A stretch of 64,000 nt of DNA from Tubulanus polymorphus (lineage: Eukaryota > Animalia > Nemertea): positions 23,336,560-23,400,559 of the forward strand of contig NC_134027.1 in NCBI RefSeq assembly GCF_964204645.1, in the 5' to 3' direction. Below, piece after piece: positions 1 through 9,598 of this stretch. Every line of letters starts with the position of its first letter. Position 1 is the stretch's first letter. The notes below the pieces were generated by a model that saw only the letters and a list, made by a program, of their open reading frames with translations, had not been told where the DNA came from and ran no database searches. The translations under genes and the position numbers were made by a program.

Positions 1-617
1 CTAAAACATCACTCCCCCTCGAATAACAGCCAAAAAGCAGGAGGAACTAGAGAATTCATACCATTAGTACTTATTTCTATTATTCGTAATCTAATCATAT
101 TGAGTTAATAATCCAACGTGTATAAAGATGCCCCGTTGAACGCTGACTTGAACCAGTCGAATTGTCTGTATTTTTACTGAAATAGAAATACCACGTGTTT
201 CTTTTGTTCACGGTGTCTGATTAGCTGCCGGACTCATGGTTTGTCCGAAAAATCGCTTTCTGTACGAATACCGCATCGTTGGTTCCACACTATATTTGAT
301 CGGTCCCCTGACTGTTTATTACAAGCTGTTTTAGCAACTTATATCGCCTGCAATCTCATCCATACCTCTCGGATACGGTTCTAAAAACTCGCGTTAACGA
401 TGTCTACCGATGGATAAGATACGTTAAGTTGGAATCTACGTTTACTTCTCGAATAAAGTGAACCACGAACAAAACTAAGGAAAAACCGATGAATTTGAAT
501 ATATAGACTTTATTCATAGCTTTTTGACGTCTCCGAAAGTTACGTACATTCGGAACAGTAGTCCATGCGTTTTAGTTGAACCCGTTTAACGACCAACACA
601 AGTACCGCTCAAGCATC

Positions 618-1189
618 AGTAATAGGGATAATGGGCTTTCAGGCCAAAGGTCGAACGGTCGAGCTCATTAAAAAACAAATATTAAAAGTAATTAAAAACT
701 ATAATATATTTTCATAACCGCGTGCATTTTATATCAAAACTAAATATTTATTCTAAGATATCAATAATTTTAAATGCATATTGTATTAAATCAATTGGTC
801 GCTCCGCTTCGCTACCGCTCCGCTCCGCGACCAATTGATTTATTTACAATACACAAATTCATATAATCAAATATATTCAAATGATAATAATTATTCTATT
901 GTTCAACTGAAATACACGCGGTTATGAAAATATATTATAGTTTTTAATTACTTTTAATATTTATTTTTAATAAACTCGACCATTAAACCTTTAACCAGAA
1001 AGCCCATTATCCCTATTACTCTTAAAATATTCATATATATGAATAACATTTAAATCATTGAACTTCTAAAATCAATTTTAATAAAAAATTTAGTACTAAA
1101 ATGGAAGCAAATAAATACTACTGCCCAACATATAATATCGATATAGATAAATCCCAAAAAGCAAGACACAATAAAACAATAACACATTT
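618..1189 (+). repeat. Left terminal inverted repeat (~572 bp), internally palindromic over 618-1020
   Basis: Reverse complement of 19100-19672. The outer ~340 bp look identical and the inner part has a handful of differences. Includes the first ~29 codons of pPolB (ATG at 1101). Confidence 0.95.
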
Positions 1190-1409
1190 GTTTTTAGTCC
1201 AGTTGGTTAAAGCAAAGACATTTATCGAATTATAGAACTCAACACATAATGAAAAATATGTTGAATCGTTATAAACACCTGATAATACTCAGCTATATAG
1301 TTGGTTGTATTAGCTCTAGTAAACATATGTTACCAGCTTATATTTCAATTGTAAAGAGTTAATTAATTTCATTGATCTAAATGCTTTTATTATTGATTTT
1401 TTTTTCAAC

Positions 1410-1880
1410 TATATTTACAAGTCTCAACGCGTTGTGTATACAGCGGAGGTTAGCGAATCACAAATCTCATAATTTACAAATCTCAACGCGTTGTGTATTA
1501 TACATCATACGGCGGATGTTAGCGAATCACAAATCTCATAATTTACAAGTCTCAACGTGTTTTTTAGATGTTTCTGGACAATTAAGCTCTAACCAATCAA
1601 AAGTCTCATAATTCGCAAGTCTCAACACACTTGTTCTAGATGTTTCTGAGCATAGAATAGTATAAATAGGCGCGCACATCAGACGCTTGACAGTCTACGG
1701 GTGAAAAGCAATTAGTTGCGTATACACACACAGAACGAAATACCAGCATATATCGATCGCTTTTCAACGGATATAGTCTCATAAACATTGTGTCATAACC
1801 AGGATATAGTATCATAAACGTTGCGTCATAACCAGGATATTCTCATAAACGCTGTATCATAACAGTCTCATAAACACCGC
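1410..1880 (+). promoter_or_regulatory. Repeat-rich putative Pol II promoter region of the element
   Basis: Repeated TCTCATAATTTACAAGTCTCAAC motifs, CCAAT at ~1593, TATAAATAG at 1661, CAGT initiator-like motif at 1691 (30 nt spacing), then ~33 bp GGATATAGTCTCATAAAC..GTCATAACCA repeats. Confidence 0.45.
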
Positions 1881-3041
1881 ATTGATCTAATTAATGAACA
1901 ATACGTTGAGGAATTTGATATCAAGGATCTGATGTTTATACTAGAAAATGATTCTATTTGAGCCTATATACATTCAATGTACAGAGCTATAGAATAAATC
2001 TATAAATTCACAGCTGTTACAGCTGTTACTATGACGCCGAGACATTATGAATCATTATTACAAACATGCAGAGAAAATTCTAGAACCGGAACCAGATGAC
2101 GTGGCATAATCAACGACGTGTTCATTATAGAAATCACCCCGGAAATGAAAAGGCGCCGTAATATTGTGCTCAGGATATTCTATCTTTCGAAACGAAATTA
2201 GGAGTTTATAGTATACAATTATAAATCTAAATGTAAGTACTGTTTGTTGTAGTTATTAAGGCTATTAAAAATGAAACCTTTAGATATATTTAAGTGTATT
2301 TAGTATATCTTTTAGATAGCTAGAGTTACCGCTAATATCTTTTAGATTAATAAAAAGTCATACGCATCAAGAAGCGATAGAGAAACTCAAGATACTCTTT
2401 CTGACTGAGGAATCAACAGCAATGGATATCGAACCAATAGAAATTAACTTAAGAAACACCAAAAGATCAACGAAGAAACTATATAAGAATTTCAAAAACA
2501 TTGAGACTCCAATGATTAAGTTTAACATTTGTTGATGTAGTTAAATATTTACCAGCAATTGAAAAAATGTTTGTAATTATAAATTGTATTTATAGAAATC
2601 AAATGATGTATTAGAAGAAATGACTGAACAACTTGTATAATGTATTGTGTAAATCTGATTTGTGAATTTTCTATGTTCAGTCGTTTCTATTATGATTAAC
2701 GCATACGCATTAAGCAAAACCGGCCATAAATGGCCGCATGTGACACATGTAACGCATGTGACGAGGGACATGAATGCGTTTGAATTTTCTATGTTCAGTT
2801 GTTTCTATTTTACAGAATTTATAGAATGAATTTATAATTATGATTAACACATGTGCATTAAGCAAAACCGGCCATAAATGGCCGCATGTGACGCGGGTAT
2901 TGTAACTGGTATTATTTAGATATCAAGGAATCGAAACAACTTATCAAAAGCAACGAAGAATGAAAAAGGATGACGTTGGTCGAAGAAATGGAAGAGGATT
3001 ATAAAATATTAACCAATTTAGTAAAAAAATATGTATAATAA

Positions 3042-3716
3042 ATGGAACCAGAACAACCACAAACTATCAATATTACAAATAACACTGGCGTTATAAACAT
3101 ATATTACAAGAAGTGTTCTAAATGTGAATTAGATAAATCATTAACAGAATTTAGTAAGCGTAAGATTAGCAAAGATGGTTTTCAATATTACTGTAAAACT
3201 TGCATTAAACTATATACTAAACAATATCGAGAAGATAATATAGAACATTATAATTATTATATGACAAAATATATGAGAGAAAGATATCAAACAGATCTTA
3301 ATTTTAGATTGAAACAATGCTTAAGATCTAGATTAACACAATTATTCAACAAAGAAACACATTCAGAAACACTATCTAATTTATTGGGTTGTTCAGATGA
3401 ATTTCTCAAATCATGGATTATATATCAATTCGATGATAAAATGAATATAGATAATTATGGGGATTATTACCATATTGATCACGTGTTACCAATATCTAAA
3501 TTTAACATGAATGATGAATACAATAAAAAACTTATTTGGGGTTGGAAAAATTTAAGACCTTTAGAAAAGAAAGAAAATCAAATCAAATCTAATAAACTAG
3601 ATTTACAGTTATATTTTGAACAGTTAACAAAAGCAAAGAAATTTATTGATCAATGGAATAATAATCCAAATAATGAACAATACGTTGAGGAATTTGATAT
3701 CAAGGATCCGAAATGA
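3042..3716 (+). CDS. Zn-ribbon plus HNH-like endonuclease (giant-virus/phage type)
   Basis: CSKC..CKTC N-terminal cysteine pairs; HIDHVLP...WKNLRPL...ENQIKSNK His-Me-finger-like motif. Confidence 0.75.
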   Translation: MEPEQPQTINITNNTGVINIYYKKCSKCELDKSLTEFSKRKISKDGFQYYCKTCIKLYTKQYREDNIEHYNYYMTKYMRERYQTDLNFRLKQCLRSRLTQLFNKETHSETLSNLLGCSDEFLKSWIIYQFDDKMNIDNYGDYYHIDHVLPISKFNMNDEYNKKLIWGWKNLRPLEKKENQIKSNKLDLQLYFEQLTKAKKFIDQWNNNPNNEQYVEEFDIKDPK

Positions 3717-4042
3717 CTTATCTGGACAGTTATAACTACTGCTCCTAATAGATAAACAAAAGTAGTGAGATGGTGCTGTACAGCACCCACATGGTGATAT
3801 CAAATAGATTTTAAATAAAATATAATAAAAATTACATACCTTCAACTATCTATTATTTCTATTTTCATTTTTAATATTTTCTTTTCAAAAAGAATATTTT
3901 ATATCACAAATAAAAAATACTAAAAAAACAATAACTAATACTAGAATTCTTTAGCTTTAACTAGCTAGTATTAATCTAAAGAGATACTGGTATCATTTTA
4001 TAATACTTATAATACTATTCTTATTAAATTTCTCTAATATAA

Positions 4043-4660
4043 ATGTCTAAGAAATCGAATAAGAATAATGTTAAAGTTGAAAAAACTTTGGAAGATTTAG
4101 GCCTAACAGATGATAATGATAATGTGGCAACTAAATGTGATAATAAAATTGATAGTAATATTGATTACGAGTACTATTTATATTCTAAGCATCAACTCGA
4201 ACTATTGATTGCGAGTGGCAAATCTAAAGAGTTTATTGGTAAAACAATAACTTTTCAAGAATTAGATAATATGAACAAAGAAAAAGTAATCAAATATTTT
4301 AAGATTTATGAAGAGTCAAGATTAGCTAGAATAAATGATTCTATTTCTAATGGTATTATCAAATGTTATTCAAAATTATGTAACCGGCTAATGCCAATTA
4401 ATGATGAAAATAAATTATATAGTGATTTAAAAAATGACTTCTTAGTTATGACTGAATTACAAAAATGGGTTGGATATGCTTCATTCCAATTAGGATCGGT
4501 TATGACATTGATTTCTACTGGAGTTATAACATTTTCGAATATCAAACCTATGGAAAACAAAGATAAAAGTAAATCAGGTAAGAACGAAACAGATGTACTA
4601 CAACCAAACCGCGAAACAGAAGATGAATCAGAACAAAAATTAACTAAAATAAATGAGTGA
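4043..4660 (+). CDS. Polinton hypothetical protein
   Basis: 205 aa ORF with TAAATG start; overlaps the start of the next ORF; weakly hydrophobic C-terminal segment. Confidence 0.7.
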   Translation: MSKKSNKNNVKVEKTLEDLGLTDDNDNVATKCDNKIDSNIDYEYYLYSKHQLELLIASGKSKEFIGKTITFQELDNMNKEKVIKYFKIYEESRLARINDSISNGIIKCYSKLCNRLMPINDENKLYSDLKNDFLVMTELQKWVGYASFQLGSVMTLISTGVITFSNIKPMENKDKSKSGKNETDVLQPNRETEDESEQKLTKINE

Positions 4661-5048
4661 TGATGGTGTCGTTCAACACCCACACGGTGATATTAAAAAA
4701 AAGCCTAGATCTGAGAAACAAATTGAATGGGCAAAGAAATTAGGTAAAAGATCTGCAGAATTAAAAAAAGCTAAGAAAAAGAAATTAACTGATATAAATG
4801 AATCTGGTATTAATTCAAATAATAATCCATCTAATTCTTATAATGCTGGAAGTAATAATAAATTATATATTACAATTGGAGTAATCACAGTAATTATATT
4901 CTCTGGTGTAATATATAAATATAAATTTAATAATAATGAAAGTGATAATGATAATGATGAACGGAAACTTCGTTACCCATGTACAGACAATAAACCACCA
5001 GAAAATAAATCAAATGAAAATAAATCTAAAATATTATTGATGGATTAA
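4653..5048 (+). CDS. Small basic protein with one transmembrane helix
   Basis: Lys-rich N-terminus (KKKPRSEKQIEWAKKLGKR) and hydrophobic LYITIGVITVIIFSGVIY segment. Confidence 0.7.
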   Translation: MSDDGVVQHPHGDIKKKPRSEKQIEWAKKLGKRSAELKKAKKKKLTDINESGINSNNNPSNSYNAGSNNKLYITIGVITVIIFSGVIYKYKFNNNESDNDNDERKLRYPCTDNKPPENKSNENKSKILLMD

Positions 5049-5051
5049 AAT

Positions 5052-6164
5052 ATGATGAAAAAAGAACAATATTTAAGAGATTTATATTATAATCCAGAAA
5101 GTGAAGTTTCATATTCAAGTGTTTCGGAATTATGGGATAAAATTAAATCTGATAAAGAAAAAATAAAATATAGTGAATTAAAATCATGGTTACAAAATCA
5201 ACCCACATATCAAATTCATAAAAAGATGGATAAAAAATATTTAACAAGAAAAGTAATGGTTTCATATATTGACCAACAATGGCAAGCTGATTTAATTGAT
5301 ATGAAAAACTTAGAATATAGCAAAGAAGAATATAACAAAGGATATTTTTGGATACTAAATGTTATAGATATATTCAGTAGATACGCATGGAGTATCCCGA
5401 TTAAAAATAAAACTGGTATAGAAGTTACAAATTCTTTCAAATTAATATTTAAAGAAGCTATCCCAGATAAAATACAATTTGATGAAGGTAAAGAATTTTA
5501 TAACAAACTTTTTAAAAAACTATTAACTGATAACGATGTAGAATATTTTTCAACACATTACGATAAAAAAGCATCTGTTATAGAAAGATTTAATAAAACA
5601 TTGAAAACTAGAATGTGGAAATATTTCACCGCTAATGAAACATATAAATATATCGATGAGTCTATAAATACATTAGATGATTTAGTTAAAGGTTATAATA
5701 ATTCTAAACATAGTTCTATAAATATGAAACCTATACAAGCTAGAAAAGAAGAAAATTCAGAAATAGTTTGGAATAATTTATATGGAGCATTTGTTACACA
5801 TGATTTTGGAGTACCTAAATTTAAAATAGGACAACATGTTAGAATTTCTAAATATCGAAAAACATTTTATAAAGGTTATACCCCTAATTTTACTGAAGAA
5901 ATATTTAAAATTAAAAAGATAATATTAACTAAACCATTTGTTTATAAATTGTTTGATTTAAAAGATGAAGAAATATTAGGTTATTTTTATGAACAAGAAT
6001 TATCATTAGTACCAAATCCAGATGAAATAGAATACAAAATAGAAAAAGTATTGAAAACAAAAACTCTTAAAGGAAAAAAGTATTCTTTGGTGAAATATAA
6101 AGGATATGATGATAAATTTAATGAATGGATTTTATCTAGTAAAATTAAAAGAATAAATGAATAA
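5052..6164 (+). CDS. Retroviral-like (RVE) DDE integrase with C-terminal chromodomain
   Basis: WQADLID, IQFDEGKEF and VIERFNKTLK give the D,D,E triad; YKIEKVLK...LVKYKGYDDKFNEWI is a chromodomain. ORF intact. Confidence 0.95.
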   Translation: MMKKEQYLRDLYYNPESEVSYSSVSELWDKIKSDKEKIKYSELKSWLQNQPTYQIHKKMDKKYLTRKVMVSYIDQQWQADLIDMKNLEYSKEEYNKGYFWILNVIDIFSRYAWSIPIKNKTGIEVTNSFKLIFKEAIPDKIQFDEGKEFYNKLFKKLLTDNDVEYFSTHYDKKASVIERFNKTLKTRMWKYFTANETYKYIDESINTLDDLVKGYNNSKHSSINMKPIQARKEENSEIVWNNLYGAFVTHDFGVPKFKIGQHVRISKYRKTFYKGYTPNFTEEIFKIKKIILTKPFVYKLFDLKDEEILGYFYEQELSLVPNPDEIEYKIEKVLKTKTLKGKKYSLVKYKGYDDKFNEWILSSKIKRINE

Positions 6165-6771
6165 AGATTTGTTTATATTTGAACCACATAATATGTTAGT
6201 TACTGGAGTTACAAATTGTGGTAAAACACACTTCATATTATATTTATTAGAAACTATTTATAAAAATCATTTCGATAATATAATATTAGTCTGCCCAACT
6301 TATGAAATGAATGAAACGTATAATAGAGATATAGTTTTTAAAGATAAAAAGTTTATTATATTAAATTCTAAAACAGTGAAAGATAATTTAGATAATTGTA
6401 TAAAAATTGCATTAGATATTTATAAAGGATCTAATACATTATTTATTATTGATGATTGCGCAAATTTACATGATTCTAAAATTAGAGAAAGTGAGTTATG
6501 TTATTTAGCTTTCTCTGGTAGACATTTTGGGATAACAACTTGGGTTTTAAATCAGAAATATAATTCAATTGTGAAAGATTTTAGAGAGAATATAAGATTT
6601 CTAGTTTTATTCTACAACAAAGATAGAAAATCTATGCAACAATCATTGGAAGAAAATCAAATTATACATCCTGAATTACATGATGAATATATGAATAAAT
6701 TAAAGAATAATAAAGGTTCAAAATTATTACTGAGATTACAATTTCCCTATGAATATAAATTTATAAAATAA
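6157..6771 (+). CDS. A32/FtsK-HerA family genome packaging ATPase
   Basis: Walker A GVTNCGKT, Walker B FIIDD, GRH arginine motif followed by Q (VLNQKY). Confidence 0.93.
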   Translation: MNKDLFIFEPHNMLVTGVTNCGKTHFILYLLETIYKNHFDNIILVCPTYEMNETYNRDIVFKDKKFIILNSKTVKDNLDNCIKIALDIYKGSNTLFIIDDCANLHDSKIRESELCYLAFSGRHFGITTWVLNQKYNSIVKDFRENIRFLVLFYNKDRKSMQQSLEENQIIHPELHDEYMNKLKNNKGSKLLLRLQFPYEYKFIK

Positions 6772-6808
6772 AATCCTAATTTAAAATATTAGAGAATTTC
6801 GAATATGT

Positions 6809-7137
6809 TTGATGGATGAGTGGATGAATTGGATGAATTGGATGAATTGGATGAGTGGATGAATGGATGAGTGTAATAATATATAATTTACATATGTTTT
6901 TTATTTTTAAACCAGTAAGAGTTTGATTTGAAGTTATTTTATCAATTTTATACTATATTTAAATATTATTTTAATAATATATATATTGTGTTAAATTTGA
7001 TAAAGAATACAAATATTATATTTATACTCATACTATTCTTCCAATTCATGTGTTAAAAAGTAAAATATATATATATTATTACACTCATCCACTCTTCTAC
7101 TCATCCAACTCATCCAACTCATCCATTCATCCATCAA
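6809..7137. repeat. Inverted repeat of (GGATGARY)n units between the convergent transcription units
   Basis: 6809-6885 (ttgatggatgag...gtgtaataatatata) is mirrored by 7070-7137 (tatatattattacactcatcc...catccatcaa). Confidence 0.85.
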
Positions 7138-7149
7138 TATATATGGAAC

Positions 7150-8250
7150 TTAATCTTTTTCATTTTCATTTTCATATTTTTCTTTAAGCTTATTGTATTC
7201 TAACCATAAATTCCTTTGCATTTTCATTGATTTAATTCCTAAATGATTCCTGAGATAATATTTATTGAATTTTACTCTTGAAAATATTTTTGGAATATAA
7301 TTTTCGATTTCAGTTTTAGATGGATGTTTATTTAAAAATTCTCTAAAATCATTATATTTAAGTTCAAATAAGTTCATTGCATAAGTTACATTTGGTTTAA
7401 AGTTATCTAACTTTTTCAATATGGTAACTATATCATTACTCAAGAAATAATCTATAAATGTTTTTCTATACCACCGATAATCTAATATATTCATTTTATT
7501 AAATTTTGGATTTATAACTGTTGGATTTTCTATTACATTATCTGTACCAATATGTTTAATTGAGTATTTATGATTCAATTGTTTATCATATATTACATAT
7601 TCTTTACATTTTTCACACCAAGATTTAAATACCTGTATTGCATGGGCTGAATCATTTCCACCTTTTGTTTTTAATTTATAATGTTTTGCCCAATTAGCCT
7701 TTGTTATACATTCATTACAGAAGGCACAATAATTCTGATCCTCTTTCCATTTATCTTTATATATATTGGCATATATTTTTACTAATTGTAAAATATGTTC
7801 ATCTTTTTTGATGTGTAATAAATAATCATTATAATTATCAAAATCTTCTTCACAATACATACATCTGATGTTATCTTTTGGTTGAACATTTGATTTTTCT
7901 ATTTTAGGTTCAATATTATGTTCTATTTTTGTTTCAATCTTATCATCATTCGATATAGAAGGTATAACATTATCTTCTATTTTTGTTTCAATATTATTAT
8001 CTATTTTTGTTTCAATATTATTATCTATTTTTGTTTCAATATTATCTTCTATTTTTGTTTCAATATTATCTTCTATTTTTATATCAATATTATTATTACG
8101 TTCAATTAAATATTCTTTGTATTGATTTAATTCATTTAATAAAAATGTTCCAATATATTCATTTATTCTTTTATAAGGTATTACATAATACAAATCATCA
8201 TTGATTTCTTTATCAGCTTTGATTCTTTCATATACTTTACCTCCTTCCAT
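7150..8250 (-). CDS. Zinc-finger protein with 8 aa tandem repeats, function unknown
   Basis: C2H2-like CMYC..H..H, CAFC..H and CEKC..H..H motifs; (KIEDNIET/KIDNNIET)n 24 bp repeats at about 7905-8085. Confidence 0.75.
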   Translation of the reverse strand: MEGGKVYERIKADKEINDDLYYVIPYKRINEYIGTFLLNELNQYKEYLIERNNNIDIKIEDNIETKIEDNIETKIDNNIETKIDNNIETKIEDNVIPSISNDDKIETKIEHNIEPKIEKSNVQPKDNIRCMYCEEDFDNYNDYLLHIKKDEHILQLVKIYANIYKDKWKEDQNYCAFCNECITKANWAKHYKLKTKGGNDSAHAIQVFKSWCEKCKEYVIYDKQLNHKYSIKHIGTDNVIENPTVINPKFNKMNILDYRWYRKTFIDYFLSNDIVTILKKLDNFKPNVTYAMNLFELKYNDFREFLNKHPSKTEIENYIPKIFSRVKFNKYYLRNHLGIKSMKMQRNLWLEYNKLKEKYENENEKD

Positions 8251-8282
8251 TTATTATATATATTTTTATTAAAGTTAAAATT

Positions 8283-9532
8283 TTAATACATAACACTATC
8301 TAATTGTGAATTTACAATATTTAATTGCGCGTCAGATATAATATAAATGTGCATTTTAAAATTTTTGATTCCTTTATTCTTTGTCATGAATAATTGTATT
8401 CCATCTTTTGTATTTTGTAGTTTTTTCCCAGAACCATGTAATAAGTTATCTTCAGTTGTTCTAAAATCTAACCATAATGCATATTTATTACCGGTATAAT
8501 AATCAATTTGATTAATGTTACAATTTTCAGATGATTTCACACTTTTTCATTCATAAAATGTTTTCTAATTTCTGGCCATTGATCAATCATTCTCATTCCT
8601 TGACAAAATATTTTATTCGCTATACCTTCAATAGTTATTTCTACTTTTGTTATTTCAGGATTATAATAATTGTCAACATTTATTGCGCCATTAGTATACG
8701 TTCCAATGGTAAAAAATATTAATATACCTTTAATAGATCTTCTAGGAAAGTTAATATTCTCATTAATAATTTCATCATTTGCATTAATAGTTACAGTTTT
8801 AAATTTATCAATATAATCATATAATAATGAAAACCCTTGATTATATTTAGTTTGAATTATACTTGAAATATTTCCATCAGTTACTGTATCATATTCTAAA
8901 CATATATTCGATAATTTATAACTCGTATCTTTATTAACGCTAGATAATACAATTTCATTTACAGGAGCAAATGTTATCTCAAATATAATATCTTCTTGAA
9001 TTGCGTATTTATATAAAGGTGCATTATTATTTATCAATTCAAAATCTAATGGAATTTTATATTTGCTTCCATATATACTTTTTATCAATTTATCTACATC
9101 ATTAGTTAATATTGCGCTATTAGCTTCTGATCTTAATTTATTTTGGTTTTCTGATTGAATTCCTTGAAATATCATATTATTTCTATTTTCTTTAGTTAAC
9201 CATAAATCTTTATAATGTGAAAATAAATTATAATCATCTAATGAGAAAACTGTTTCTGGACCAATCTTTATTGTTAACTTTTTAATCAAATATCTTCCAA
9301 CATTATCAACGACATAATTATTATTATTACCGATTACTTTTATATCAGCCGATAAATAAATACTATTTGGAACATAAAAAGTATTTTGTGTTAATCTCGG
9401 AATTCTAACATATAAAGTTTCATCGGGATTAATATTTGAAGGGTTATGAGTAATTATATGATGTGATCTTTCTGCTTTAATAGCATTAGATATTCTATGA
9501 TTCTTAGAAGGATTGATATAACTCCCACTCAT
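8283..9532 (-). pseudogene. Major capsid protein (double jelly-roll), split by one frameshift near 8540
   Basis: The 331 aa and 85 aa ORFs join into one protein resembling invertebrate Polinton/adintovirus MCPs (ITHNPSNI..LYVRIPRL; KYALWLDFRTTEDNLLHGSG..DAQLNI). Adding one A to the A5 run restores the frame. Family recognition is from memory. Confidence 0.8.
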
Positions 9533-9598
9533 TTATTTAACAAAAAAATTAATTATTTATTTTTGATCATGTTTACTTGATATTTTTTGATATCATGT

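Noticed and set aside
1381-1880. Repeat array as a CRISPR-like locus, or the 76 aa ORF as a gene
   Set aside because: The units are degenerate tandem duplications without unique equal-length spacers, there are no cas-like genes and the context is eukaryotic. The ORF simply translates the repeats.
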